In this document: piece by piece, positions 1 to 9,811 of the stretch
Layout: the number at the start of each line of letters is the position of its first letter
How positions within the stretch are numbered: position 1 is the stretch's first letter
Source: Bacilli bacterium
GTDB lineage: Bacteria; Bacillota_I; Bacilli_A; RFN20; CAG-826
Assembly: GCA_045597865.1 (NCBI GenBank)
Contig: JAZLKX010000025.1
Coordinates: forward strand, 288,001 to 352,000
Direction: 5' to 3'
Length of the DNA: 64,000 bases
The notes under the pieces: generated by a model
Told to the model about the DNA's origin: nothing
What the model saw: only the letters and a program-made list of their open reading frames with translations
Database searches by the model: none
Program-made: the position numbers and the translations under genes

Positions 1-531
1 TTGCTTGATGCTCCAAATATCGAAAAACCAGAGGGCTTAAGAGACCGCGCAATGCTTGAAGTTATGTACTCGTCTGGCCTTCGCGTTTCAGAACTCCTTG
101 GTTTAAAAATAAATCAAATCAATTTTGAAAAAGGAATTATCAAAATTATTGGTAAAGGGTCAAAAGAAAGACACGTTCCAATCGGAGATTATGCCTTGGA
201 ATACTTAAATAAGTATATCGAAGGTCCTAGACGTAAAAATCCGGGAAGAAATACTGGATTCGCATTCCTAAATCGATACGGAATGCCACTTAGTAGACAG
301 TATTTCTTCTTGCAGATAAAAAAGTATGCTGAGCAAGCTGGCATTAAGGAGGAAATTTCTCCTCATACTTTGCGCCATTGCTTTGCAACACACATGCTTG
401 AGAATGGCGCAGAACTACGTGCAGTGCAAGAAATGCTTGGCCACACAAACATTGCAACCACACAAATCTACACGAACATCTCAAGCAAGCGCATTTTGAG
501 CGCATATGATTTGTATAGCAAACGAAAATAG
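1..531 (+). CDS. xerD: Tyrosine recombinase XerD (RipX-like), 5' truncated by window edge
   Basis: RDRAMLEVMYSSGLRVSEL, GKGSKER, HTLRHCFATH, LGH, TTQIY catalytic motifs; followed by deoB as in the B. subtilis ripX-drm order. Confidence 0.9.
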   Translation: MLDAPNIEKPEGLRDRAMLEVMYSSGLRVSELLGLKINQINFEKGIIKIIGKGSKERHVPIGDYALEYLNKYIEGPRRKNPGRNTGFAFLNRYGMPLSRQYFFLQIKKYAEQAGIKEEISPHTLRHCFATHMLENGAELRAVQEMLGHTNIATTQIYTNISSKRILSAYDLYSKRK

Positions 532-563
532 AGTAAAATACAACTCGGAATTGGAGATAAACC

Positions 564-1760
564 ATGAAAAAATTTAAAAGAATATTCGTAATTGTTGCTG
601 ACTCAGTTGGTATTGGTGAAGAACCAGATGCAGCTAAGTTTGGTGATGTTGGAACAAATACATTTGTTCACACAGCAGAAAAATGCGGTGGACTTAATGT
701 TCCAGTCATGAACTCACTTGGCCTTGGAGATCTCGCTGACATCAAAGGAACAAGCAAAGTTAGCCACCCACACGCTTATTGTGCAAGACTTCGCGAAGCC
801 TCAAACGGTAAAGACACAATGACAGGTCACTGGGAAATGATGGGTATTTATACAACAAAACCATTTGTTACATTTACAGACACTGGTTTCCCAGATGTTC
901 TCATTAAAGAACTCGAAGAAAAAACTGGTCACAAAGTTATTGGAAACTATGCAGCAAGTGGAACTGAGATTCTTAAAGAATTAGGTGAAGAACAAATGAG
1001 AGATAATTCCCTCATTGTCTACACATCCGCAGACAGCGTACTTCAAATCGCTGCACACGAAGAAGTTACAGGTGTACAAGAATTATACAGATGCTGTGAA
1101 ATCGCTCGTGAAATCTGTTTGAGACCAGAATATTACGTTGGTAGAGTTATCGCTCGTCCATACGTTGGAAAAGACAAAGACAGCTTCAAGAGAACTCCAA
1201 ATAGACATGACTTAGCAGTCTCTCCAAGCGGAATTACAACTATGGACATTCTCAAAGAGAATGGTTATATGGTTTCATGCGTTGGTAAGATCGGAGACAT
1301 TTTCAACCAAGTTGGTGTTGTAAAAACTCAAAAGACAGTTTCTAACATGGATGGAATGGATAAGACAATTGAAGAAGCTAAGAATCATGACTTTGAAGGT
1401 TTATGCTTTGTCAACTTAGTTGAATTCGATTCAGAATTCGGCCACAGACGTAACGCACTCGGCTATGGCAAAGCTCTTGAAGAATTCGACGTCCGTTTAG
1501 GTGAATTACTTGATGTTGTAAAAGATAATGACTTAGTCATCGTTACAGCAGACCACGGTAATGATCCAACCCACACAGGCACAGACCACACAAGAGAAAA
1601 AGTACCATTCCTTGCTTATAGCAAATCATTCAAAAACGGTAAATACCTTGAAGAAAGAGAATGCTTTGCAGACATTGGTGCAACAGTCTTAGAAAACTTT
1701 GGATTAAAAAAGAGTCCAAATCAAATTGGGAAACCAATTGATGAACTCTTAAACGATTAA
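564..1760 (+). CDS. deoB: Phosphopentomutase
   Basis: [51 protein letters not shown] motifs. Confidence 0.95.
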   Translation: MKKFKRIFVIVADSVGIGEEPDAAKFGDVGTNTFVHTAEKCGGLNVPVMNSLGLGDLADIKGTSKVSHPHAYCARLREASNGKDTMTGHWEMMGIYTTKPFVTFTDTGFPDVLIKELEEKTGHKVIGNYAASGTEILKELGEEQMRDNSLIVYTSADSVLQIAAHEEVTGVQELYRCCEIAREICLRPEYYVGRVIARPYVGKDKDSFKRTPNRHDLAVSPSGITTMDILKENGYMVSCVGKIGDIFNQVGVVKTQKTVSNMDGMDKTIEEAKNHDFEGLCFVNLVEFDSEFGHRRNALGYGKALEEFDVRLGELLDVVKDNDLVIVTADHGNDPTHTGTDHTREKVPFLAYSKSFKNGKYLEERECFADIGATVLENFGLKKSPNQIGKPIDELLND

Positions 1761-2347
1761 TCTATTAAATCAATTTGATGAAGGGAACGTTTAATAACGT
1801 TCTCTTTTTCTAACTTAGTTAGAAGTCTTGATAATGTTTCTCTTTGAAGATGCAAAATACCTGCAAGTTCAGAGACTGATTTAAATTCAATTTTTCCATC
1901 GTGGTTAAATAAATAGAAGCGTAATCTTTCTTCAGCGGATGAATAAGATAAAAGTTTAATGGTGGAGTTAAGCTTTTTGCTGAAGTTTGATTGAGCATTC
2001 AAATAAGAAATCATAAACTCTTTATTACTTTGTAATAGTGAGATTAAATTATTACGCTTTATTACAACAATTGTTGAATCTTTTGTCGCAATAACATCGC
2101 CTTTATAGAACGGATCATCAGAGAAAATTAAGTTATTTCCAAAAACATCATTTTTGTGAAGAACATTATAAATTAGTTCTTGGCCTTCAAATGAAGTGGT
2201 TGAGATTTTAACTTCTCCTGAAACAACAATAGAAACTGATTCACATTTTTCATCTTCTCTATAGAGAATTTCATTTTTCTTAAGTGTTTTAACTTCTAGA
2301 AGTTTTTTCTCATCTCTAGATAAATTTAGTAAAATATTATTTTCCAT
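1757..2347 (-). CDS. Crp/Fnr-family transcriptional regulator
   Basis: cNMP-binding-fold N-terminus ([10 protein letters not shown]...VFG) and C-terminal HTH ([17 protein letters not shown]). Confidence 0.85.
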   Translation of the reverse strand: MENNILLNLSRDEKKLLEVKTLKKNEILYREDEKCESVSIVVSGEVKISTTSFEGQELIYNVLHKNDVFGNNLIFSDDPFYKGDVIATKDSTIVVIKRNNLISLLQSNKEFMISYLNAQSNFSKKLNSTIKLLSYSSAEERLRFYLFNHDGKIEFKSVSELAGILHLQRETLSRLLTKLEKENVIKRSLHQIDLID

Positions 2348-2354
2348 ACAAATC

Positions 2355-2370
2355 CGTGATTTAAATCACA
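2355..2370. promoter_or_regulatory. CRP/FNR-type operator CGTGA-TTTAAA-TCACA
   Basis: Perfect 14-bp palindrome GTGATTTAAATCAC (2356-2369); 9/10 match to TGTGA-N6-TCACA; lies between the divergent crp/fnr gene and the ABC genes. Confidence 0.75.
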
Positions 2371-2422
2371 TACTTATTATCGAATATTTTATATTATATG
2401 TCCACCAGAATTGGTAAAGATT

Positions 2423-3346
2423 ATGAAAAAGACATGGTTATTATTACTTGCATCAATAACACTTACAGGATGTTCTTCAATTGAAGAAAGTTCAAATTTA
2501 AGAATTGTTTCTCCAACTGGAGCACCTGCAGTAGCTTTTTACAATTACTCAACAAGTGATAATTTTCAAACCAATTCCGATCCATCAAATATTATTCCAA
2601 TGATGCTTAACGAAACTGTTGATGTTGCAGTTTTACCAACAAATGCAGGAATCCAAGCAATTGTTGGAAAGAACGTAAATTATAAGATTGCTGCAACAAT
2701 TACCTTTGGTAATATATTTATTGGAGCAACAGGAAATGATGAAGATGGCGTTATGGACGCAGATGATTACATCGTTTCGTTCCAACAAGGCGCTGTTCCA
2801 GATAAAATCTTCCATTACGTTTACGGAAACACTTATGACAATGCTTTGCATTACGTTTCTAACGGCCAAGAAGCCGCGAAATGTTTGAAGACGGGTAAAA
2901 ACCTTGCCGAAGATGGAAAAGCGGTGGATTACGTTGTTTTAGCTGAGCCAGCTCTAACTACAGTAATTTCATCAACTCCAGGAAGAACTGTTTATGCAAA
3001 TCTTCAAGAGCTTTACAAAGTAAAAAGTGGAAATTTGCAAATTTTCCAAGCCTCATTATTTGTAAACAATAAGTTAGAAAGAAATGTAGTTGATAAATTT
3101 TTAGAAGACCTTGAAAAAGATATAAATGCTGGAATAACAAATCCAGAAATCATTCAACAAGGATTAGCAGCAAACTCTGCAGCCGAAGCTTTATACGGAA
3201 TTAAACCTGAGCAAGCAAAGGCTGTAACAGCAAATAATAATGGAATGGGTTTAGGTTTTGCTAAAGCAAAGGAAAATAAAGAAGCAATAGATTTATTCTT
3301 ATCATTGTTCGGAATAGGAGCAACAAATGAAGAAATTTATTACTAA
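2423..3346 (+). CDS. ABC transporter substrate-binding lipoprotein (NitT/TauT/SsuA-like)
   Basis: Signal peptide with lipobox MKKTWLLLLASITLTG-C; SPTGAPA, DVAVLP, LAEP motifs; adjacent permease; start moved to ATG 2423. Confidence 0.7.
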   Translation: MKKTWLLLLASITLTGCSSIEESSNLRIVSPTGAPAVAFYNYSTSDNFQTNSDPSNIIPMMLNETVDVAVLPTNAGIQAIVGKNVNYKIAATITFGNIFIGATGNDEDGVMDADDYIVSFQQGAVPDKIFHYVYGNTYDNALHYVSNGQEAAKCLKTGKNLAEDGKAVDYVVLAEPALTTVISSTPGRTVYANLQELYKVKSGNLQIFQASLFVNNKLERNVVDKFLEDLEKDINAGITNPEIIQQGLAANSAAEALYGIKPEQAKAVTANNNGMGLGFAKAKENKEAIDLFLSLFGIGATNEEIYY

Positions 3347-4115
3347 CAAAGCAGTTTTATACATTCTTGGATTCTTATTCCTTGTAGGACTTTGGTTCAT
3401 TGTTTCAGCATGTATCGATAAGAACTCAATGATTTTTCCTGACCCAATTACAACATTTGGAAGGATGTTTCAACTCCTTGGAGTAGGCGACACTTATCGT
3501 TATTTAGGGTTCTCAATCTTAAGACTTTTGATTGGTTTCGTTATTTCATTTGTTGTTGCATTCCTTTTAGGAATGTTAGTTAACAATAATGAACATTTAT
3601 ATAATTTCTTTACGCCTTTAATGACATTCTTTAAGGCTGCGCCAACGGCAACATTTGTCTTTTTGTTTATCATTCTTATAGGCGCAAAGAACGCTCCAAT
3701 ATTTGTTGTCTTTACTGTAACAATGCCAATCCTTTATGAATCGATTGTTGGAGCATTTAGAAACACTGATAAAGCTGTTTTAGCTGCAGCCCAAATTGAT
3801 GGAGCAAACAAATTTAAAACAATGATTAAAGTTCAAATACCTTTAGGTATTCCTCTAATTTCTGTTGGTGTTGCATCAACATTTGCAATGGCATTTAAGA
3901 TTGAAATCATGGCAGAAATTATTACAGGATTTACAAATGGTGGTCTTGGATCAATGATCCATAACTCACAAGTTGTAAACCCAACAGACCTTACAGACAT
4001 GTTTGCATACAGCTTGATGGCCATTATTTTGGTTCTATTAATCACGATTTTAGCTTCATTTTTAAAGAAGAAAAACATGCCAAGAAAGCTTCACAGACGT
4101 GAGTATAGTGCATAA
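3327..4115 (+). CDS. ABC transporter permease (NitT/TauT/SsuC-like)
   Basis: FPDP motif, multiple TM helices, EAA-like loop AAAQIDGA, AEII...GLG. Confidence 0.8.
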   Translation: MKKFITNKAVLYILGFLFLVGLWFIVSACIDKNSMIFPDPITTFGRMFQLLGVGDTYRYLGFSILRLLIGFVISFVVAFLLGMLVNNNEHLYNFFTPLMTFFKAAPTATFVFLFIILIGAKNAPIFVVFTVTMPILYESIVGAFRNTDKAVLAAAQIDGANKFKTMIKVQIPLGIPLISVGVASTFAMAFKIEIMAEIITGFTNGGLGSMIHNSQVVNPTDLTDMFAYSLMAIILVLLITILASFLKKKNMPRKLHRREYSA

Positions 4116-4117
4116 TA

Positions 4118-4140
4118 TTTAGTAGATATTTAGTAGTTTT
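4118..4140 (+). repeat. 23-bp dispersed repeat, copy 1 (TTTAGTAGATATTTAGTAGTTTT)
   Basis: Identical to 12624-12646; overlaps tandem ATATTTAGTAG x2 (4115-4136). Confidence 0.85.
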
Positions 4141-4148
4141 GATTTGTG

Positions 4149-4180
4149 GGAAACTCACGATTTTGTGGGTTTTCTTTTTA
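4149..4180 (+). terminator. Probable intrinsic terminator after the permease
   Basis: GAAACTCAC-gatttt-GTGGGTTTT hairpin followed by T-rich tail. Confidence 0.55.
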
Positions 4181-4250
4181 TTTAAATTGAGAAGTTTATA
4201 GATTTTGAGAAAATAAAAAGTCCGAATTAATCGAACTTTTCTATATATTT

Positions 4251-4278
4251 GGTTAACATAATAGCCATTATGCGAAGT
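4251..4278 (-). other. dif-type Xer recombination site
   Basis: Minus strand reads ACTTCGCATAA-TGGCTA-TTATGTTAACC, an 11-6-11 layout with XerC-like and XerD-like (TTATGTTAA) arms; intergenic, at the gene-orientation switch. Confidence 0.85.
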
Positions 4279-4306
4279 TATCTATATTTTCGGCTTTCCA
4301 CAAAAC

Positions 4307-5401
4307 TTACTTAAGATACTGAGCAAAACATTCATCAGTTAATTTATTTGTAATATCTTTGTTATGTGAGAGTAAATATTTTTTGTTATCTTCTAAGGTT
4401 GTTAAGAATCCAATTTTCCAGTTTTTCATACAGGCATCAATAAGCCAAGTTGAATCAAATTCTCTGGTTGGCTCAATTTTATCGCATGCGTATACGACCA
4501 TTCCAAGCGCGGACATGTTCGCTTTGCCTGTGCAATGGAACTTAATTGCGTCCAAGATTTCTGGATCATTAATTCCAAAATCTCTATGAGCAAGGAATTC
4601 ACCAATAAATTGGTGATACGCAAAAGGTGGCAAATCCAAATAATCTGGATAATGTTCCTTCATTAATGAAATCATGTCTTCACCATCGTTTTTGTATGTT
4701 TTTCCAAGGTCATGGAACAAAGCTGCATAAAAATATTTTTCAATTGGTTCAAGATTATTAACTTTTGCAACCTTATAGGTTAAGTTAGCAACCTCAATTG
4801 AATGATTTAATCTCTTCTCAGGAAGATATTTAGCAAGTTTCTTTACGTAGTAAAGACGATTGCGCTCAATGTAATCTAAAACGTCAAATGGAAGATCAAT
4901 CGATTTCATCTCGCGGATTGAAGATGAACTAACTTCACCGCTTTCATAAAATTCCAAGTCCACCATTTCATATTCTTCAATAACTTTGTTATTGAGTTCA
5001 ATGCCTGGACGGTTTACAAAGCAAATCTTGGCGAGTTTGCTTAATTCTTTAGCGTCTTTCCAATCACCAAATTTATTAACTTGATCAGCACCAATTAAGA
5101 AATAAAGGGTGTCATTCGGGTGAATACTGATTAAATATTTGACTGTGTCAATTGAGTAATTGACTTCGTCTTTGGAATTTAATTCATATTCACAGATTTC
5201 ATAGTTAAAACTTGCATCTTTTAATGCAATTTTTAACATTTCTAATCTTTGATTAGAGGTTTCTTCTGGTGATTTCCATCTTGGGGATTTTGCTGGAACA
5301 AAAATAAGAGAAGCATTTAGCTTCTTTGAAGCTGCTTCACTTATTCTTAAATGACCGTTATGGATTGGATCAAAAGTTCCACCAAAAATTACAAGATTCA
5401 T
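4307..5401 (-). CDS. nadD: Nicotinate-nucleotide adenylyltransferase fused to YqeK-type HD domain
   Basis: GGTFDPIHNGH, IGAD, SSSSIR, then RLNHS...LFHDLGK, H, HCTG, DKIEP. Confidence 0.9.
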   Translation of the reverse strand: MNLVIFGGTFDPIHNGHLRISEAASKKLNASLIFVPAKSPRWKSPEETSNQRLEMLKIALKDASFNYEICEYELNSKDEVNYSIDTVKYLISIHPNDTLYFLIGADQVNKFGDWKDAKELSKLAKICFVNRPGIELNNKVIEEYEMVDLEFYESGEVSSSSIREMKSIDLPFDVLDYIERNRLYYVKKLAKYLPEKRLNHSIEVANLTYKVAKVNNLEPIEKYFYAALFHDLGKTYKNDGEDMISLMKEHYPDYLDLPPFAYHQFIGEFLAHRDFGINDPEILDAIKFHCTGKANMSALGMVVYACDKIEPTREFDSTWLIDACMKNWKIGFLTTLEDNKKYLLSHNKDITNKLTDECFAQYLK

Positions 5402-5403
5402 AA

Positions 5404-6552
5404 TTAATCGTTTTTGACTTTTGGTCTAGATGTATAAATTGCGACACCTTTTGGAACGTAGATACGTAATTTTTGGTTTGTTGAGTTAATTGTAACCCAT
5501 CCTAAACCTGCAAATCCGATATCTCTTGGGATTGGTTTCTTATTTTGGAATGTAATATCAAAGATTTCCATATCTTTAGTAGACTTAATTCTATTAAGAG
5601 ATGGATTTAATTGACCTCTTGAGTTCAAAGAGATGAATTTCTTCTCTACATCAGTGATGTGAGACTTACGTAATTGTACATTATCGTGGAAATAGCATGT
5701 AAATGTGGCTCTATCGCCTTCTAATACTTCGATGATGCCTAATCCACCAATGAATAAAGATTGATGCTCAGAAATGGACATTTCACGAGCTTCAACTGGT
5801 TTAGTAAGATAAATTGATTTCAAAGTCTTTGCGTCAAGACCAAATAAAATTGAGTTGGTAATTGAAATACCTGGAGTTTCATACATTGATGAACGATTGT
5901 TTAAAGGAATTTCCATTACTTTAAGATTTGTATTTTTATATTCATGAGTCATGATATTTCCGTTTGAAAGATTTGAATAAATCTTTAAGAATGCGGAAAT
6001 AAGAGCAGTTTTACCTGAATCGGATTGACCAATAATGAAGACATCTTTGCCATTCTTTAATTCGAAAATACGAGTTAAAGTTTCTTGGATTGAATCATCA
6101 TCTTGTTTAGTTGTGATCATTACGTCTTCAGCTTTAATCTTTAAGCCTGCGACTCTAAATCTATGTGCAACGTATTCGGAAGTGTCATAAAGACTTGTTC
6201 CTTCTGGAAGAAGGTCAAACTTAGTACCAACAACTAAAATATTAGCATCACTTATAAGTTCAGTAAGTTCTTTGGAGAATGAGGTTTCGAATGAGAACAA
6301 GTTTACTACGTAAACAATTAAACAACCTTTTTCTTTAGCTTGTTTAATTACTTCGATGAATTCTTCATCGATGTATGGTTCATTAGAAACTGATGAAAAA
6401 CGTTCTGCTTCAAAACATCTATTGCAGAACAAAAAGTTCTGAGTAGGATTTTCTAAAACTTCTTTGTTAACGTAGCCTTCTTTAGAAGGATCATCACATT
6501 GAAGTGTTGCACCACAGCTGTAGCACTTTCTAATTTTCTTAATTTGTTCCAT
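5404..6552 (-). CDS. yqeH: Ribosome biogenesis GTPase YqeH-like (divergent G motifs)
   Basis: CYSCG...CNRC zinc finger, circularly permuted G4-G1-G3 order, GLGW, yqeG-yqeH-nadD synteny. Confidence 0.85.
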   Translation of the reverse strand: MEQIKKIRKCYSCGATLQCDDPSKEGYVNKEVLENPTQNFLFCNRCFEAERFSSVSNEPYIDEEFIEVIKQAKEKGCLIVYVVNLFSFETSFSKELTELISDANILVVGTKFDLLPEGTSLYDTSEYVAHRFRVAGLKIKAEDVMITTKQDDDSIQETLTRIFELKNGKDVFIIGQSDSGKTALISAFLKIYSNLSNGNIMTHEYKNTNLKVMEIPLNNRSSMYETPGISITNSILFGLDAKTLKSIYLTKPVEAREMSISEHQSLFIGGLGIIEVLEGDRATFTCYFHDNVQLRKSHITDVEKKFISLNSRGQLNPSLNRIKSTKDMEIFDITFQNKKPIPRDIGFAGLGWVTINSTNQKLRIYVPKGVAIYTSRPKVKND

Positions 6553-7072
6553 TGATTTCTCTCCAATCTTTAAGCAAATGCTTTTTATTTAGTTTTCTTC
6601 TTAACGGATTATCGAATAAACGATTGAATCTTGTTGTTGGCTGATCTTCTTCCACTAATTTCTCAGTCAACACACTTCTAATTCCTGCTCCATTAGCACA
6701 GCTAATGTCAGTGACAATTTGATCACCAATTAAGATAACCTCATGTCTGTAGATTTTTAATCCTTTAAGCTTTCTAAGTAATTTCTTAGAAAAAGGTTTT
6801 GCAAGCTTTGACATAAATCTAACGCCAAGAGCTCTAGCATATTTTGTGACCCTTTTTCCGGTGTTGTTTGATGTGATAATTAACTCGATTCCTTCCATTA
6901 ATAAATCCTCTTTGAGATCTATTACTCTTTTTGAAGGTGTTGCAGTCTTGTAAGAATCAAGCGTATTATCAAGGTCAACCAAGATGAATTTTACGCCTAA
7001 ATTTTTATAAAACGAAACATCGATTTCAAAAATCGATTGAGCATGTGCGAAAGGAATCAAGCGTTTCCACAT
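6539..7072 (-). CDS. yqeG: HAD IIIA phosphatase YqeG
   Basis: DLDNTL, SNN, AKP, IGDQIVTD motifs; start set at ATG 7072. Confidence 0.9.
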   Translation of the reverse strand: MWKRLIPFAHAQSIFEIDVSFYKNLGVKFILVDLDNTLDSYKTATPSKRVIDLKEDLLMEGIELIITSNNTGKRVTKYARALGVRFMSKLAKPFSKKLLRKLKGLKIYRHEVILIGDQIVTDISCANGAGIRSVLTEKLVEEDQPTTRFNRLFDNPLRRKLNKKHLLKDWREINGTN

Positions 7073-7140
7073 AGTCAAAATTATACACTATTTTTAGAAA
7101 AATAATAGTTTTCTAACAAGTAATATAAATCGCGTATATG

Positions 7141-7169
7141 AAAAAAGCGCCCGATTTGAGCGCTTTTTT
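7141..7169. terminator. Intrinsic terminator after parC
   Basis: AAAAAAGCGC-ccgatttga-GCGCTTTTTT. Confidence 0.8.
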
Positions 7170-7182
7170 GATGAAATTTTAA

Positions 7183-9810
7183 CTAAGCTTCATCATCGTC
7201 ATCGAAGATGGAGATTTGGGTGTAACCATTTACTGGTTCATCCTCTTCTTCCTTCGCAGAAGGAACTTGTCCGACAACTTCCTCTTCTTTTACCTTCTCT
7301 TCTTCTGGAATAATTCTAGCGTGAGATTCGGTATTTGCGAGGATTCTATCATGGCCTTCAATAAAGGCAATTTCGAGTCTATTTTTCTTACCAATATTTA
7401 CGGATTCATGGCAATAGTAATCCATTGGAGTTAAATGATAATCATTAACTTCAATGTCTTGGATTGCTTTCATATTTGTTAAGAAATGGAGCAAATTCTT
7501 TTCAATTGAAGTATCAAGTTTGAATGCATAGACAAGTTTATGCTCATCAGATTTGAATGTTTTGAAGACCTGACTTGGCTTGCCTAAACGGTTCACAAAA
7601 TTGGTCTTATTTGGATCATAAATTCTGATACAAGCTTTATCGGTAATTAAACAAATTTTTCCTTCAACCTTATCCTTAGGATAAGCAACGATATTAACAA
7701 TCTCTGCTGAACCAAGTTTTGAAATGCCTTTTACACCACCGCTTCTCATGCCTGCTGCAGGAAGTTCATTTTCATTGTAGAATGTTGCATTTCCGTCACT
7801 TGTGAAAATCATTAAATTGCTGTCTCCATCAGTGAAAGCTACATCTGCAAGTTCATCATCAGAAAGTAATTTCATACAAATGAGTGGTTTTGAATAACGA
7901 ACGACAGAGAAATCCTGTAACGATAAACGTTTAATTTGACCACGTTTTGAAATCAATACGAAGAATAAATCTTCTCTAAATTTTTCAATTACGTATGCAC
8001 GCACAATTTTTTCATTAGGATTTAAGTTAATTAAGTAGTTAATGTGACTACCTTCTTCTTTCCATTTGCATGATTTAACTTCATAAACTGGAATATAGAG
8101 GAAGTTTCCTAAATTTGTAAAACAAATTAGGAAGTCAGTAGTCATTGCGTTACCACTATAAACACAAACATCGCCATCTTTCATACCAGGAAGAGGATTA
8201 TCACCACTTGATTTGTATGATTTGATTGATGATTGTTTGATGTATCCGTCACGAGTAACTGCGAGTACAACTTCTTCTTTTGCAATGAGGTCACGAACAT
8301 CAATTTGTTGGTTGCCATCTTTCTCAATAATTTGAGTTTTTCTTTCGTGGCCATAAGCGTTAGAAATCTTTCTCAAATCAGAGACCAAAAGTCTATTAAG
8401 TTTGTTTCTATCTTCAAGGATTCCGTTTAAGAATTCGATGTTAGCTTCTAAGTCTCTCTTTTCGTTCTCTAATATAGTAATATCAGTGTTAGACAACTTA
8501 TAAAGTTGTAACATAACGATAGCTTCACTTTGAGCATCATTAAATCCGAACTTATTTTGGATGTTAATTTTAGCATCTTGTTTATCTTTTGAAGCACGAA
8601 TTGTATCAACAACTTGATCCAAAATTGAGATAGCTTTTATTAAGCCGTTTACGATGTCCAAACGTGATTTTGATTTGTTCAAATCGTGGGTTGAACGACG
8701 TGTAATAACATCGACTTGGTGATCAATGTAGCAATCAACAAAATCAAGTAAGTTCATTGTCTTTGGTGTGCCATTTACAATGGCCACCATATTTGCAGAA
8801 TATGATGCTTTAAGACCTGATTTTGTCATCAAATATTTGTAGATAACATCAATTTTTGCTTCTTTTTTAACTTCAATTACGATTCTAATGCCGTTTCTAT
8901 CAGATTCATCACGAACTTCTGCAATACCTGGTAAGACATTATTATGTCTTAACATATCAATTTCGTGGACTAAGTCAATCTTAACTGCTTTAAATGGAAT
9001 TTCTGTAACAATAATTGCTTTTTCTTTTGGTGTATCAACAATTTCAGCTTTAGCTGCAATCTCAATTCTTCCACGTCCTTGAGTGTACATTTCAGTAAGT
9101 CCGTTTGAAGAATAGATAATTCCACCACCTGGGAAATCAGGACCTTTGATAAATTGCATCAAATCTAAAGGTTCAACTCTTTGGTGATTGATACGATAAA
9201 TAATTGCATCAATAACCTCTTTGAGGTTATGTGTTGGAATATCAGTTGCCATACCAACAGCAATACCTTCGGTACCATTAACGAGTAAGTTAGGGAATCT
9301 TGATGGTAAAACTACTGGTTCAAAGTCCTTATCATCGAATGTTAAAGCCATATCAACTGTGTCTTTATCGATGTCACGAACCATTTCTTCTGCAATTTGT
9401 GAAAGTCTTGATTCCGTATAACGATAAGCAGCTGGGCCATCACCATCTATAGAACCATTATTTCCCTGAAAGGAAATAAGAGGATTGTTATTTTTCCAAT
9501 CTTGAGACATTCTAACGAGTGCTTCGTAGATTGAGGAGTCACCATGAGGGTGATAATCACCCATAACTTTACCAACTGTATGTGCACATTTTACTGTTGG
9601 ACGTGAGAAAATATTGCCAGCTTTATACATGGCAAAAATGATACGTCTTTGAACTGGTTTTAATCCGTCACGAGCATCTGGAATTGCACGATCTTGAATG
9701 ACATATTTTGCGTAAGTTGCAAAGCGGTCACCCATGATTTCTTCAAGAGTTTCGCTATGAATATTTTCGACGATTTCTTCTTCAACAATTTGATTAGATT
9801 TTCTTGCCAT
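7183..9810 (-). CDS. parC: DNA topoisomerase IV subunit A
   Basis: [35 protein letters not shown]; plsY<-parE-parC arrangement. Confidence 0.9.
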   Translation of the reverse strand: MARKSNQIVEEEIVENIHSETLEEIMGDRFATYAKYVIQDRAIPDARDGLKPVQRRIIFAMYKAGNIFSRPTVKCAHTVGKVMGDYHPHGDSSIYEALVRMSQDWKNNNPLISFQGNNGSIDGDGPAAYRYTESRLSQIAEEMVRDIDKDTVDMALTFDDKDFEPVVLPSRFPNLLVNGTEGIAVGMATDIPTHNLKEVIDAIIYRINHQRVEPLDLMQFIKGPDFPGGGIIYSSNGLTEMYTQGRGRIEIAAKAEIVDTPKEKAIIVTEIPFKAVKIDLVHEIDMLRHNNVLPGIAEVRDESDRNGIRIVIEVKKEAKIDVIYKYLMTKSGLKASYSANMVAIVNGTPKTMNLLDFVDCYIDHQVDVITRRSTHDLNKSKSRLDIVNGLIKAISILDQVVDTIRASKDKQDAKINIQNKFGFNDAQSEAIVMLQLYKLSNTDITILENEKRDLEANIEFLNGILEDRNKLNRLLVSDLRKISNAYGHERKTQIIEKDGNQQIDVRDLIAKEEVVLAVTRDGYIKQSSIKSYKSSGDNPLPGMKDGDVCVYSGNAMTTDFLICFTNLGNFLYIPVYEVKSCKWKEEGSHINYLINLNPNEKIVRAYVIEKFREDLFFVLISKRGQIKRLSLQDFSVVRYSKPLICMKLLSDDELADVAFTDGDSNLMIFTSDGNATFYNENELPAAGMRSGGVKGISKLGSAEIVNIVAYPKDKVEGKICLITDKACIRIYDPNKTNFVNRLGKPSQVFKTFKSDEHKLVYAFKLDTSIEKNLLHFLTNMKAIQDIEVNDYHLTPMDYYCHESVNIGKKNRLEIAFIEGHDRILANTESHARIIPEEEKVKEEEVVGQVPSAKEEEDEPVNGYTQISIFDDDDEA

Positions 9811-9811
9811 A

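Noticed and set aside
1-531. Tyrosine recombinase as a phage/ICE integrase
   Set aside because: Motifs and deoB synteny fit housekeeping XerD/RipX.
7094-7116. TTAGAAAA-N7-TTTTCTAA inverted repeat over the yqeG -35 region
   Set aside because: Almost all A/T, a single occurrence, and plausible by chance.
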